From the NCBI GenBank assembly GCA_963705305.1, contig OY970067.1, forward strand, positions 5,024,001 through 5,088,000: 64,000 nt of DNA. Direction: 5' to 3'. Shown piece by piece: positions 37,992 to 49,012 of this stretch. Positions within the stretch are counted from its first letter, which is position 1; each line of letters opens with the position of its first letter. Origin of the DNA: an uncultured Methylomirabilota bacterium. GTDB taxonomy: Bacteria; Methylomirabilota; Methylomirabilia; Methylomirabilales; 2-02-FULL-66-22. The position numbers and the translations under genes are program-made. Below the pieces are notes generated by a model, which was given only the letters and a program-made list of their open reading frames with translations, searched no databases and was not told the origin of the DNA.

Positions 37992-39413
37992 CTAGAACAG
38001 CCCGATGGCCCTCCAGTAGAATGACCCGAGGCCCATCCAGATGACGAGATAGACCAGGGACACGAGGGCGCCCACCCCCCACCACCGCTTCAGGCTGACG
38101 TACCCGGCCCCGAAGTAGACGGGGGAGGGGCCGCCGCCGTAGTGGGTCAGGCACACACACAGGTTGGAGAAGAAGGCAAAGATGAGCGCCGCGAAATACG
38201 GGGGCGCCCCGACCGCCACCGCCACCGTGAGGAACGGCACGAAGAACGCGCTGACATGGGCCGTGAGGCTGGCGAAGAAGTAGTGGGAGTACATGTAGAC
38301 CAGGGCCAGGATGGCCAGGGCCGGCAGCCAGGGCCACCCCTTCACGTAGCTGCCCACGGCCATCGAGAACCACTTGATGAGGCCCAGCTTGGCCAACATG
38401 GTGGCCATGCCTACCAGGCCGCCAAACCAGATCAACGCATCCCAGCCGGCCCGCTCGGCGAGCACGTCCCCCCACCCAATGGCCCCCAGGACCAGCATGA
38501 GGCAGAGGCCGAGGAAGGCGACGACGGTGGCGTCGATGTGGGTCCAGGAGCCCGTGAGCCAGAGCAGCAGGGCCAGGGCGAAGGCGCCCAGCACCACCCA
38601 CTCTTCGCGCCGCATCGGCCCCATCCTGGCCAGCTCCGTCCGGGCCAGCGCGGCGGCCTCCGGGGTCTGGCGAATCTCGGGCTTGACCAGGTGGAAGATC
38701 AGGAACGGGATGAGGAAGAAGGAGAGCACCCCGGGCCCGAGGGCGGCGAGCGCCCAGCCCCCCCAGGTGATCTCCACATTGATCGTCTTCTTGGTCAATT
38801 CGGCGATGAGGGGGTTGGCCGCCATGGAGGTCAGGAACATGGCGCAGGTGACGCCGTGCACGTGGTAGGCGCTCAGCATCAAGAAGTTCCCGATGCGCCC
38901 GGCCGTCGGGCCCGGCTCGGAGCCGTAGGTTGTCGCGAGGCTCTTCACGATGGGGAAGAGCACGCCGCCGGTCCGGGCGGCTCCCGAAGGAATCCCGGGG
39001 GCCAGGACTAGGTCACTCACGGCCAGGGAGTATGCCAGGCCCAGCGTGCGGTGGCCGAAGGTGCGGATGAAGACGAACGCGATGCGGCGCCCCAGGCCGG
39101 TCTGGCTGAACGCCCGAGCAAAGAGGAAGGCGACGACGATCAGCCAGACGGTCCCGTTCATGAAGCCATTCAAGGCCTCGGCGATGGAGAGGGTGCCCGT
39201 GAGGGCGGTGAGGGTGGTCCCGATGAGCACGACGGCGCCCATGGGCAAGGGCTGCAGGATCAGGCCGATGATCGTCCCGAAGAAGATCGCAAAAAGGTGC
39301 CACGCCTTGCCGGTGACGCCTGCGGGCATCGGGAGGACCCAGATGACCGCCGCGACCAACGCGGTGGCTGCCCCCCGCAGGGCTCGGTTCTGCGTCGACT
39401 CATTGGCGCTCAT
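37992..39413 (-). CDS. DASS-family dicarboxylate/anion transporter
   Basis: PLPMGAV, TGLGRRIA, PSGAARTGG, MFLTSMAANP, FFASLTAH, THYG. Confidence 0.92.
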   Translation of the reverse strand: MSANESTQNRALRGAATALVAAVIWVLPMPAGVTGKAWHLFAIFFGTIIGLILQPLPMGAVVLIGTTLTALTGTLSIAEALNGFMNGTVWLIVVAFLFARAFSQTGLGRRIAFVFIRTFGHRTLGLAYSLAVSDLVLAPGIPSGAARTGGVLFPIVKSLATTYGSEPGPTAGRIGNFLMLSAYHVHGVTCAMFLTSMAANPLIAELTKKTINVEITWGGWALAALGPGVLSFFLIPFLIFHLVKPEIRQTPEAAALARTELARMGPMRREEWVVLGAFALALLLWLTGSWTHIDATVVAFLGLCLMLVLGAIGWGDVLAERAGWDALIWFGGLVGMATMLAKLGLIKWFSMAVGSYVKGWPWLPALAILALVYMYSHYFFASLTAHVSAFFVPFLTVAVAVGAPPYFAALIFAFFSNLCVCLTHYGGGPSPVYFGAGYVSLKRWWGVGALVSLVYLVIWMGLGSFYWRAIGLF

Positions 39414-39541
39414 GGCATCCCCCTTTCACGGGAAACCGGTGATCCGGAATTCTTCGGATCGATTCTCATGGCACGATCAGCCCAACGGCTCCACGAATCT
39501 GCGCCATCGATGAAAGAAGGGGCGGCTACCGCCAGCAAAGG

Positions 39542-39979
39542 TCAAAGGGCAACGGCACTGAGGGGAGAATGGGGTTCGACCGATTCGGGGGATGGTGACC
39601 TCATGATGGAGTGTTTCAGGGCAAGCTGTCTCCGCGGGAGGAGCGGGCTATTGCAAAGCCAGGGGCCTCCGTGGACGTCCCCGCAGAGCGTTCGCCGGAG
39701 ACGGTGTCCATTGGAAACCTCCAGGTCGAGATGGGCGGGAAAGGGGGAGAGGTCGTAGCGAACGGGGCGATGGGGTCCTGTCTGGGCGTAGGAGGCCACA
39801 ACGGAGTGGTGGCCGAGATGTGTCGTGAAATTCGAGCGATCCAGATTCAAGACGTCGAATGCGAGATACGAGCAGAATAGCCCGGCGCCCGGCGCCCACC
39901 ACAAGCCCCACGCGAGCCCGAGCCGCCTCACAGTCCACCTCACCTCATGGTTCCTGCGGACAGCGTAACCACCTATCAT
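39542..39979 (-). CDS. Hypothetical protein (uncertain)
   Basis: 145-aa ORF with one hydrophobic stretch upstream of the DASS gene; no recognised motif. Confidence 0.3.
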   Translation of the reverse strand: MIGGYAVRRNHEVRWTVRRLGLAWGLWWAPGAGLFCSYLAFDVLNLDRSNFTTHLGHHSVVASYAQTGPHRPVRYDLSPFPAHLDLEVSNGHRLRRTLCGDVHGGPWLCNSPLLPRRQLALKHSIMRSPSPESVEPHSPLSAVAL

Positions 39980-40139
39980 AGGCCCTGGGCACTGTCAATG
40001 CCGGAACCCTGCACTCGCGAGGAAGTTCGGACAGGAATCCGCGTGCTCCTCACCCCTGCGGGCGGCGGTCACACTTCACAACGGCCTCCCGGTGAGAGGT
40101 CGGCTCTGGCTGTGGACACGTCCCGTCGTATCCTCCAGG

Positions 40140-41659
40140 CCCTAATCTCCGGCTAAGCGGTGGCCAGCCGGGCGATCTTGCGCCGCGCCCGGACGAGCAA
40201 GGCGTGCTGCAGGGCGCCCGAGAGCCGCAAGAGCGTCCGTCGGGCATGCGCGACGACCTTCCCGACGGTGTTGAACAGCAGGAACCGGAGACGCTTCGGC
40301 CGGGCGGTCCGGAGATCTCCGGGTAAGGTCAACCGCTTGAGCGCGGTGAGCAGGTTGTAGGTGAGCACGTTCAGCCGGAACCAGGCGGCGTTCGCCCCGA
40401 ACTTCCCACTGGGCAGCGCGGCGGCCGCCAGCTCGGTCTTGAGGACGTGATGGGTGTGCTCGATGGTCCCTGCTTTCTCCCGGTGCCACCGGAGGATCGT
40501 GAGCCCATCCTCCGGCCGATTGGTGACCACGGCGAAGTACTGCACGCTACTCCCGTCGGCGAAGAGGCTCCCCTGGCGTCGCTGGATACGCACCGCGAGG
40601 TAGCGGCGAACGCACGGCCGCGCCTTCCGGTGATCGCCATCCTCGGGGACGTAGGGGACTTCGGCCCAGGCCCGGATCGCCTCGGGCTCCTCCCGCTCGA
40701 GCTGCCAGGCGGCCGCGGGGAGGCGCCGGATCTCGGCCTGGAGCTGCGCGGACATATCGGCGCTAATCGCGTAGGCGATTTTCTTCTCCTCGCACCAGCG
40801 GAGGACCTCCGTCTCGTAGAGGGCGCTGTCGGCCCGCAGGGAGATGCGGTCCACGCCCTGGGGCAAGTTGGCCACCGCCTGTTCGAGGACGCGCACGTTG
40901 CCGCACCCGGCGGGCACCTGGCCATCGCGGAACTGGTCGTGCACGATGACATCGTGCTCGGCCCAGAGGACCACGACGGGCTGGTAGCCCCGGGTCCCGT
41001 CGTAGGCCACGGTCGCCGCGTCCTTGTGGCTCTCGACGAGCGTCGCGTCCACATCCAGGGTGGCCGTCGCCGCCCGGGCCCCGCGCTGGACGCCCGCGAC
41101 CAGCGTCCGGTTCGCCTGTCCGAGGCCCGCCAAGGGGGCGGACTCCAGGGGGACCGTGGCCGCGGGCCCGGCCACCCAGAGCGGCCCGTCCTCCACGTGG
41201 AAGGCCTCGAGGAAGTCCCGGACCGTGGTCGCGGCCGGCAGGGGGTAGCCGAGCAGCGTGGCCAGGGCCTGATCCTCCCGGAGCGTCGTGAGGTCCTGGC
41301 AGCGGTCCCCGCCGCTCGTCCACAACGCGACGAGACTCTCCACGAGCTGCGAGGGGGGTAATCCGCGCTGCCGCTGCTTGACCGCAACGTGGGTGTCGAC
41401 GGCCTGGGCCACCCCGAGCTGGCGGAACAGCTCGATCACGAGCGGGACCCCGGCCCGGCCCGTGACCAGCGTGGGGTCGATCGCGTCATCGATCTCGAAC
41501 GGCAACCGGGGCGAGGTGTCGGGCATCGCTCTCCTCCTTGTGGTGTTTGCACCCACTGGGTGAAACCAAGCAAGGCCGATGCCAACCCCGCGGGCCGCGC
41601 GCACTGCGGGCCGCTGCGTGATTCGCGATCCCCCTCAACTTCTTAGCCGGAGATTAGGG
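40140..41659 (-). mobile_element. IS1380-family insertion sequence, 1520 bp
   Basis: Perfect 18-bp TIR CCCTAATCTCCGGCTAAG (40140-40157 / 41642-41659), flanked by direct repeat TCCAGG (40134-40139, 41660-41665). Confidence 0.9.
40153..41526 (-). CDS. IS1380-family DDE transposase
   Basis: TLDVDAT, GYQPV, LRADSALY, GTIEHTHHVLK, PSGKFGANAAW. Confidence 0.88.
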   Translation of the reverse strand: MPDTSPRLPFEIDDAIDPTLVTGRAGVPLVIELFRQLGVAQAVDTHVAVKQRQRGLPPSQLVESLVALWTSGGDRCQDLTTLREDQALATLLGYPLPAATTVRDFLEAFHVEDGPLWVAGPAATVPLESAPLAGLGQANRTLVAGVQRGARAATATLDVDATLVESHKDAATVAYDGTRGYQPVVVLWAEHDVIVHDQFRDGQVPAGCGNVRVLEQAVANLPQGVDRISLRADSALYETEVLRWCEEKKIAYAISADMSAQLQAEIRRLPAAAWQLEREEPEAIRAWAEVPYVPEDGDHRKARPCVRRYLAVRIQRRQGSLFADGSSVQYFAVVTNRPEDGLTILRWHREKAGTIEHTHHVLKTELAAAALPSGKFGANAAWFRLNVLTYNLLTALKRLTLPGDLRTARPKRLRFLLFNTVGKVVAHARRTLLRLSGALQHALLVRARRKIARLATA

Positions 41660-41737
41660 TCCAGGGCCGTCGCCTTTACTTCACCGGAGTGGGCATGTAT
41701 ATTTGAAATGAACGGATCTACACCCAAGGAGGCGGCC

Positions 41738-42412
41738 ATGCAGCGAGGCCTGATCGTTGCATCCAGCCTGCTGATCCTGCTCGGCATCTGCACCCCCGCC
41801 CCGGCGGCACAGGAGCCGCCAGCGATCCTGGCCCTGGGCAACATCGGCTTCCTGGACATCCCGGCCATTCAGGCGTCCACCGGCGATGTGGTCGTGCGGG
41901 AGATGGGAACGCGGAAGCTCCGGGGGTTCGTCGCGGTGATTCTGGCCGACATCTCCTATGCGGCGCTGCCCCGCGAGGTGCAGGACGGCCTGGCGGCTTA
42001 CGTGAGCTCCGGCGGCGCGGTCCTGGTCACCGGCGGCGCGCAGTCGTGGGGGGCGGGGGGCTACCAGCCCCTCAGCTCGATTCTCCCGTTCACGATTCGC
42101 GGCTCCCAGGACTGGGGCGCCGTTCCCTTCCGCGAAACGGTGCCCATCCAGCCCGGTCACCCGATCCTGGCCGGCGTTCAATTCGTCCCCATCGGCACCG
42201 TGAACTGGGTGAGCGTGGCGCCCGGGGCGACCGAGATCCTGCGGAGCGCGGGCGGGGGAACCTTTCCCGCCCCCTTGATCGCCGAGATGGGCGTGGGATC
42301 GGGGCTGGTGCTGGGTTTCGCCTTCGATCCCAACCAGCTCACCGGCATGTCCAGCCGTGCCCTCTTCATCAAGAACACGATCACCTACCTGCTGGCCTCC
42401 TCGCGGGTGTAG
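41738..42412 (+). CDS. Putative exported protein with class I glutamine amidotransferase-like domain
   Basis: Signal-peptide-like N-terminus; VILADI, YVSSGGAVLVTGG, HPILAG. Confidence 0.6.
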   Translation: MQRGLIVASSLLILLGICTPAPAAQEPPAILALGNIGFLDIPAIQASTGDVVVREMGTRKLRGFVAVILADISYAALPREVQDGLAAYVSSGGAVLVTGGAQSWGAGGYQPLSSILPFTIRGSQDWGAVPFRETVPIQPGHPILAGVQFVPIGTVNWVSVAPGATEILRSAGGGTFPAPLIAEMGVGSGLVLGFAFDPNQLTGMSSRALFIKNTITYLLASSRV

Positions 42413-42601
42413 CCGGGTGGGGTGCAGAAACCGTGGCGGAAGATCGCAGCCGGGAGGGGGCCAGGATGCGAGCAACGGAGGACATGACCCTCCAGACGGC
42501 CCTCACCGGCCTCGCGGCCTCACGGTCCGGCACACCGAGGCGTGGCCCTGCTTCGCGAATACTGCCGATCAGACTCCGTGCGGTTTTCGACCGGGAACCG
42601 C

Positions 42602-43957
42602 TCAGGGCATCGAGCTGTCGGGATTCAGCGGGTTGATGACCAGTCCGCTTGGGACCTTGGGGAAGAAGTAGGTGGATTTCTGGGGCAGGCGCTCCCCGGA
42701 TAAGGCCAGACCGACCACCTGCGCCACCCGCGGCGGCCTCAGAAACAGCGCAACGTGGGCCTCGCCCCTGCGCACGGCGGCCAGGGCCTCCTCCGCATCC
42801 CGCGTGTACCGGACGGCCTCGTCGGCCTGACCCGCCGCCCGCACGCCCAGGATCCCTTCGATGACCAGCCGGTGCAGGATCGCCACGTCGAATCCCGCAT
42901 ACGCAGCCGAGTGCCCGGCAGCGGCGAGCTCCTGCATGCAGGCGTCGCTCGCCAGCTCCACAACCCAGACGGCCTCCCCTCCCGGATAGACGGCAAAGGC
43001 GGCCCGCTCGTCTCCCCGCCTCCCCAGCTCGGCGAGGGCCGAGCGCAGCGACGCCGACACATCGGCCGGGTCCAGCGCGACGTGTCGGATGTGGAAATGG
43101 GCTGCCAGCGCGGCTTCCAGCTCGGCGCCGGAAACCCGGGGCGGCTGGCAGACCAGCCGGTGCGTGGGCAGGACGATCAGGCCGGGATCCTCGACATGGA
43201 CGAGGTTCGCCATCACGAAGTCGTCCGGCCGGCCCGGCCCCGCTTCCCCCGGTATTCCGGCCCGCGCCCGACGCTCGGCTCGGAAGTTGAGCGCGGTCTC
43301 GTACCGATGGTGGCCGTCCGCGATGACCACCGGCCGATCGCGGAGGAGGCCGGCCAGGCCCGCCGTCTCCGCGGGATCCCCGAGAAGCCACAGGCGGTGG
43401 CGACCGTCGTCCTCATCCCGGAAATCCACCTCCGGCCAGCCCGACATGTGCCGGTCCAGCAGGGCGGTCACCGGCGCCGCCGGCCCCGGGTAGATTCCGA
43501 AGATCGGCTCCAGGTTGGCGGGACACGCGCGCATCAGCGAGAGCCGGTCGTCCCGGTACCGCGCGAAGGTCTGCTCGTGCGGAAACACGACGCGGTCCTC
43601 GTAGGGGTGGAGCCGCATCAGCGCCAGCAATCCGCGCCGGCGCAGCCGGCGTCCCCCGCCTGCCGCGAACTCCAGTTCGTAGAGGTACACGGCGGGCTCG
43701 GGATCCCGCCGCAGGACCCCCTCCCCCCGCCAGGCGGCGAAGGCCCGGGCGGCCCGGGCATACCGGTCCTCTCCCGGCGAGTCCGGCTCGGCCTCCTTGG
43801 GCAGGATGAGCCGGACCATGTTGCGGGGATGGCGCGCGTAGTACCGCTCCTGCGCGCGGGGGGAAATCACGTCGTAGGGCGGGGTCACCACCTCGGCGAG
43901 GTCGGGGACGAGTCTGGGATTGTACCGTAAGGCCCGGAAAGGCGCGATCTCCGCCAT
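42602..43957 (-). CDS. DUF1015 family protein
   Basis: IAPFRALRY, PPYDVI, PHEQT, IADGHHRYETA, PQKSTYFFPK. Confidence 0.9.
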   Translation of the reverse strand: MAEIAPFRALRYNPRLVPDLAEVVTPPYDVISPRAQERYYARHPRNMVRLILPKEAEPDSPGEDRYARAARAFAAWRGEGVLRRDPEPAVYLYELEFAAGGGRRLRRRGLLALMRLHPYEDRVVFPHEQTFARYRDDRLSLMRACPANLEPIFGIYPGPAAPVTALLDRHMSGWPEVDFRDEDDGRHRLWLLGDPAETAGLAGLLRDRPVVIADGHHRYETALNFRAERRARAGIPGEAGPGRPDDFVMANLVHVEDPGLIVLPTHRLVCQPPRVSGAELEAALAAHFHIRHVALDPADVSASLRSALAELGRRGDERAAFAVYPGGEAVWVVELASDACMQELAAAGHSAAYAGFDVAILHRLVIEGILGVRAAGQADEAVRYTRDAEEALAAVRRGEAHVALFLRPPRVAQVVGLALSGERLPQKSTYFFPKVPSGLVINPLNPDSSMP

Positions 43958-44327
43958 GGAGTCTTCCCCACAATAAAGAGGTCACGCGATCTGCGTCACC
44001 TCGGGGGACAGCCGGTGAGATCATGCTGCTGAAGGGCCGGCTGCGGCATCAGGCACGCACGCGAAGCTATCCGGCCTCCCGGGTGGTGTCAAGGCAAAAG
44101 CCGGCCGATCGGGGCGGGCGGCCCTCCTGACATCCCGACTTCGTCCTTGCCGCCCGCGCGCCTGGACGCGTATCATGGCCCCGTCCGCCGCTCTGCCTTT
44201 CCCGGGAGGCGGACCCGATGATGATCCTTGCCGGCGGCAGACCCGATCCCTCCGCTGGCCGACGGTCGTTCCGCACACTCCCGAGGGTCCATGGCCGCAA
44301 CCGACCCTCGACAGGCAAGGAGGGATA

Positions 44328-46013
44328 ATGCCAATGCAGGCGAGTCGCCTGGCCGGGAAGCCGGCGCCCCCCGGGATGCTCGTCAATGTCCCAAGGTTAG
44401 TGACCGCGTACTACACCGACCGCCCTGATCCTGCGGCCCCGGAGCAGCGCGTGGCCTTCGGCACCTCCGGGCACCGCGGCTCCGCGTTTCAGCGCACCTT
44501 CAACGAGGCTCACATCCTCGCCATCAGCCAGGCCATCTGCCACTACCGGCGGGAGCACGGCATCGACGGCCCGCTGTTCTTGGGCATGGATACCCACGCG
44601 CTGTCCGAGCCCGCGCTGGCCACCGCCCTGGAGGTGCTGGCGGGAAACGGGGTGGAGGTGATGCTGGACCGAGGGCTCGGGTACACTCCGACCCCGGTCA
44701 TCTCCCACGCCATTCTCTCGTACAACCGCGGCAGGCGGACGGGCCTCGCCGACGGCATCGTGATCACCCCCTCGCACAACCCCCCGGAAGACGGGGGCTT
44801 CAAGTACAACCCGCCGCAGGGCGGGCCGGCCGAGACCGACGTGACCGGCCAGATCGCGGAGCGCGCCAACGCCCTCCTGGCCGCCGGCCTCGACGGTGTC
44901 AGGCGGCTCCCCCTGGCGCGGGCCAAGAGCGCCCCCACCACCCACGCCTACGACTACCTCGGATCCTACGTCGGGGATCTCGCCGCCGTCCTCGATCTGG
45001 ATGCCATCCGCGGGGCCGGCCTCCATATCGGCGTGGACCCGCTGGGCGGCGCCGGGGTCGCCTACTGGGGGGTCATCGCCGAGCGGTACGGGCTGAACCT
45101 GTCGATCGTGAACGAGGCGGTGGATCCCACCTTCCGCTTCATGACGCTGGACTGGGACGGGAAGATTCGGATGGACTGCTCGTCCCCGTACGCCATGGCG
45201 GGGCTCATCGCCCTGAAGGATCGCTTCGACGTCGCCTGCGCCTGCGACACCGATCACGACCGCCACGGGATCGTCACCCGGAGCGCCGGCCTCATGAACC
45301 CCAACCACTACCTCGCCGTCGCGGTCCACTACCTGTTCGGGCGGCGGGACGGGTGGCGACCGAATGCCGGCGTCGGCAAAACCGCCGTCAGCAGCAGCAT
45401 GATCGACCGGGTGGCGGCCCGCTTGGGGCGGCGGCTGCTGGAGGTCCCGGTGGGGTTCAAGTGGTTCGTTCCTGGCCTGCTGGACAGCTCCTTGGGATTC
45501 GGCGGCGAGGAGAGCGCCGGCGCCTCGTTCCTGCGGCGCGACGGGACCGTTTGGACCACGGACAAGGACGGGATCATCCTCGCCCTGCTGGCCGCCGAGA
45601 TCACAGCGCGATCCGGCCGCGACCCGGGCGAGCTGTACCGGGATCTCACCCGCGAGCTGGGAGATCCGGTCTACGAGCGGATCGACGCGCCCGCGACGGC
45701 CGCCCAGAAGGCGATCCTCCAGCGCCTGACCCCGCAGGACCTGCCGGCCACGGAGCTCGCCGGCGACCGGATCGAGGCGGTCCTCACGGCTGCGCCGGGG
45801 AACGGCGCCTCCCTCGGCGGCCTGAAGGTGGTCACCCGGCACGGCTGGTTCGCCGCCCGGCCTTCGGGGACCGAGGCCGTTTACAAGATCTACGCTGAAA
45901 GCTTCAAAAATGAGAGCCACCTGCGACGCATCCAGCAGGACGCCCAGGCACTGATCGGACGTGCGTTCGAGGCCGCGGCACTCACCGGGCGATCCCCACA
46001 GGGCCGGACCTGA
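44328..46013 (+). CDS. pgm: Phosphoglucomutase
   Basis: [33 protein letters not shown]. Confidence 0.95.
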   Translation: MPMQASRLAGKPAPPGMLVNVPRLVTAYYTDRPDPAAPEQRVAFGTSGHRGSAFQRTFNEAHILAISQAICHYRREHGIDGPLFLGMDTHALSEPALATALEVLAGNGVEVMLDRGLGYTPTPVISHAILSYNRGRRTGLADGIVITPSHNPPEDGGFKYNPPQGGPAETDVTGQIAERANALLAAGLDGVRRLPLARAKSAPTTHAYDYLGSYVGDLAAVLDLDAIRGAGLHIGVDPLGGAGVAYWGVIAERYGLNLSIVNEAVDPTFRFMTLDWDGKIRMDCSSPYAMAGLIALKDRFDVACACDTDHDRHGIVTRSAGLMNPNHYLAVAVHYLFGRRDGWRPNAGVGKTAVSSSMIDRVAARLGRRLLEVPVGFKWFVPGLLDSSLGFGGEESAGASFLRRDGTVWTTDKDGIILALLAAEITARSGRDPGELYRDLTRELGDPVYERIDAPATAAQKAILQRLTPQDLPATELAGDRIEAVLTAAPGNGASLGGLKVVTRHGWFAARPSGTEAVYKIYAESFKNESHLRRIQQDAQALIGRAFEAAALTGRSPQGRT

Positions 46014-47212
46014 TGGCGCCCCGGATCATCCTCTGCCTGAACCGCGGCTCTTCCTCTCTCAAGTTCACCCTCTTCGAGCTGGGGGACGGGGTCGAGCGCC
46101 TGGCAGCGGAGGGGGCCGCAGAGGGCATCGGACTCGCGCAAGGACGCCTCTGGGTCCGCGACCCATCCGGCAAATCCCTGCGGGATGCGCGGGACAGGTT
46201 CACCGACCGGCAGGGGGCCGTGCGGACGGCCCTGACCGCCCTGGAGGAGCTCCGGCTCCCGCGCCCGGCGGCAGTCGGCCACCGGCTGGTGCACGGGGGT
46301 CCGGACCACACCGCGCCGGAGCGGCTCACCCCGGCGCTTCTCCAGACCCTGCGGCGGCTGATCCCCCTGGCCCCGCTGCACCTGCCGGGCGAGCTCCAGG
46401 TTATCAAGGTGGTGACGGACCGCCACCCGGACCTGCCGCAGGTCGTCTGCTTCGACACGGCCTTCCACCGGCGCATGCCCGAGTTGGCGCAGCGGCTCCC
46501 CCTCCCCCGCGCTCTCTGGGACGAGGGGGTGCGGCGCTACGGCTTTCACGGGCTCTCCTACGAGTACATCCTGGATCACCTGGGGGTCGCCGCCGCCTCG
46601 GGGCGGCTCATCATCGCCCACCTGGGAAACGGCGCCAGCATGGCGGCGGTCCGCGACGGGCGCCCGCTGGACACCACCATGGGGTTCACGCCGATGGGCG
46701 GTTTCATGATGGGAACGCGGAGCGGGGACCTGGATCCCGGCGTGCTGATCTACCTGCTCACCGCCAAGCGGTACGACACCGAGCGGCTGGAACGGCTGGT
46801 GGAGCACGAATCCGGCCTGCTGGGCGTCTCCGGCATCAGCCCGGACATGAAAACCCTGCTGGACGCGCGGCCGCACGAGCCCTACGCCGCCCAGGCGGTG
46901 GCGATGTTCTGCTACCAAGTCCGCAAGCACATCGGCGCCCTGACCGGGGTGCTGGGTGGCCTGGACGCGCTGGTATTCAGCGGAGGCATCGGCGAGCGGG
47001 CCTCCGCCGTGCGGAGCGAGGTGTGTCGCGGCCTGGAATATCTGGGGATCCGGGTGGATCCCGGGCGGAACACGGCCCACGCCGACCTCATCAGCCCGCC
47101 CGACAGCCCCTGCGCGGTGCGGGTCGTCCGGACCAACGAGGATCTCATGATCGCTCGGCACACCGCCCGGCTCGTCTTCCCCACCCCGGACCGGCGGGCT
47201 GCCGGCCCGTGA
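46013..47212 (+). CDS. ackA: Acetate/propionate kinase
   Basis: NRGSSSLK, GHRLVHGG, APLH, FDTAFH, RYGFHGLSY, HLGNGAS, TNED. Confidence 0.92.
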   Translation: MAPRIILCLNRGSSSLKFTLFELGDGVERLAAEGAAEGIGLAQGRLWVRDPSGKSLRDARDRFTDRQGAVRTALTALEELRLPRPAAVGHRLVHGGPDHTAPERLTPALLQTLRRLIPLAPLHLPGELQVIKVVTDRHPDLPQVVCFDTAFHRRMPELAQRLPLPRALWDEGVRRYGFHGLSYEYILDHLGVAAASGRLIIAHLGNGASMAAVRDGRPLDTTMGFTPMGGFMMGTRSGDLDPGVLIYLLTAKRYDTERLERLVEHESGLLGVSGISPDMKTLLDARPHEPYAAQAVAMFCYQVRKHIGALTGVLGGLDALVFSGGIGERASAVRSEVCRGLEYLGIRVDPGRNTAHADLISPPDSPCAVRVVRTNEDLMIARHTARLVFPTPDRRAAGP

Positions 47213-47385
47213 CCGGCGGGGCGGCACGGCGCGTACGGGTTCTCCCGTCTTTCAGAGAAGGATGTCGATTTTCCCGCGGCACTCTTGTGTTCGGATCGTA
47301 GGCATCCGCGGCGATCCCGGCCCGGAGCGGCGAGACCCGAAGAGGCGCCACGGGACGTGATGTCAAACCACCATCGGAGGCAGCC

Positions 47386-48498
47386 ATGAAGATCGCAGAC
47401 CTGCGGGCCGTTCTGGTTCGAATCCCCTTGCAAAACCCGGTGCGCATCGCCACCAGAGAGGTCACCGGGCGGGAGTTCGTCCTGGTGTTCCTGCGGGCGG
47501 AGGACGGAGCGGAGGGATTCGGCTACACCTATGCGGGCACTGTGGGGGGAACCATGGTCCGGGCCGCTATCCAGGATATCCTGGCCCCGCTGCTTGTCGG
47601 CGCCGACGCCGGACTGATCGAGCACCACTGGGCGGCGATGTTCCAGGAGGGGCTGCTGGTCGGCCGTCGGGGCGCCCTGCTCCGGGCCATCTCGGCCGTG
47701 GATATCGCCTTGTGGGACCTGGCGGCCAAGCGGGCCGGCCTGCCGCTCTACCGCCTGCTGGGAGGCTATCAGGCCGAGGTCCCGGCCTATGCCTCGGGGG
47801 GCTACTATCTGGCGGGCAAGGGCACCAATGGCCTGGCCGCAGAGATGGAGCGATACCTCCACGCCGGCTTTCAGAGTGTGAAGATCAAGGTCGGCGGGGC
47901 TCCCCTGGCGGAGGACGTGGCGCGCGTCCAGGCCGCCCGGAAGGCGATCGGTCCCGGCGTACGCCTGGCCCTGGACGCCAACAACGCCTACCGCAGCGTC
48001 GCCGAGGCCATCCGGGCGGCGCAGGCGTTCGAGCCGTTCGACATCTGGTGGTTCGAAGAGCCGCTGGCCCCCGACAATATCCCGGGGCATGCCGAGGTCG
48101 CAGCCGCCACGTCGATCCCCGTGGCCACCGGCGAGATCCACGCCAGCCGCTGGGATTTCCGCGACATCATCCTGGACGGGGCCGCGCAGATCCTCCAGCC
48201 GGATGCCGGCGTCCTGGGAGGCGTCAGCGAGTGGATGAAGGTCGCCCACGCCGCCGCGGCGTTCGATCTGCCCGTCGCCCCCCACTGGCACGCCGATCTC
48301 CACGCCCACCTGGTCGGGGCTGCGGCCAATGCCCTCACCGTGGAGTACTTCTTCCTGGAGGAGGACATCTACAACTTCGAGCGCATTCTTCGCGAGCGGC
48401 TCAGGCCCACGGCCGACGGCCGCTTGCCCATCCCCGACCGCCCCGGGCTGGGCCTGGTCCTGGACGAGGCGGCCATCGACCGGTTCGCGGTCCGCTAA
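47386..48498 (+). CDS. Mandelate racemase/muconate lactonizing enzyme family protein
   Basis: SAVDIALWD, KIKVG, DAN, WFEEP, ATGE, QPD. Confidence 0.88.
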   Translation: MKIADLRAVLVRIPLQNPVRIATREVTGREFVLVFLRAEDGAEGFGYTYAGTVGGTMVRAAIQDILAPLLVGADAGLIEHHWAAMFQEGLLVGRRGALLRAISAVDIALWDLAAKRAGLPLYRLLGGYQAEVPAYASGGYYLAGKGTNGLAAEMERYLHAGFQSVKIKVGGAPLAEDVARVQAARKAIGPGVRLALDANNAYRSVAEAIRAAQAFEPFDIWWFEEPLAPDNIPGHAEVAAATSIPVATGEIHASRWDFRDIILDGAAQILQPDAGVLGGVSEWMKVAHAAAAFDLPVAPHWHADLHAHLVGAAANALTVEYFFLEEDIYNFERILRERLRPTADGRLPIPDRPGLGLVLDEAAIDRFAVR

Positions 48499-48699
48499 GT
48501 GCTTAGCGGCCTAAATTCTACGACGTATCCATTGACCGCTTAACCTCCCGGTCCCCCGGGCCGGACCCGGGCTCGCCGGGTACCCATCCGGAGGATGGGT
48601 GTGGCGCGGCGTCTCGGGGCGGCCTGGGGGACCGGGATACGTCGCCGCGATTACGGCCAGGAGTACTAAGCGGGCGCTCGGGACGAGCCGGCCGACGCC

Positions 48700-49002
48700 T
48701 CACACCCCCAGCTTGGCCTGGACGCTGCGGACCTTGTCGGTCATCGTCTGCTCCCGGTCCGTGCGTGTGCCCAGCTTGATGACCGTCGAGATGCGGGGCG
48801 CGCCCATGGCGTGGACCGCCTCGTGGCAGCGCTTGATGGCGGCAAAGACGGCGTCCCACTCTCCCTCGACGTTGGTCCCGTAGGCGTGCAGCTGGGTCGT
48901 CAGACCGGCCTCGGCGAGAATCCGCTCGCACGCCGCCACGTAGGACGACACCGAGACGCCCACGCCCAGCGGAACCACGCACAGATCCACGATCGCCTTC
49001 AT
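48700..49002 (-). CDS. MTH1187-family thiamine-binding protein
   Basis: VVPLGVGVSVSSYVA, YGTNVEGEWD, RTDREQT. Confidence 0.85.
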   Translation of the reverse strand: MKAIVDLCVVPLGVGVSVSSYVAACERILAEAGLTTQLHAYGTNVEGEWDAVFAAIKRCHEAVHAMGAPRISTVIKLGTRTDREQTMTDKVRSVQAKLGV

Positions 49003-49012
49003 GCCGTTCTCC

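Noticed and set aside
33004..41659. tRNA-Gly as the attachment site of an island carrying ars genes and the IS
   Set aside because: No integrase and no duplicated tRNA 3' end seen; these genes lie on the 5' side of the tRNA
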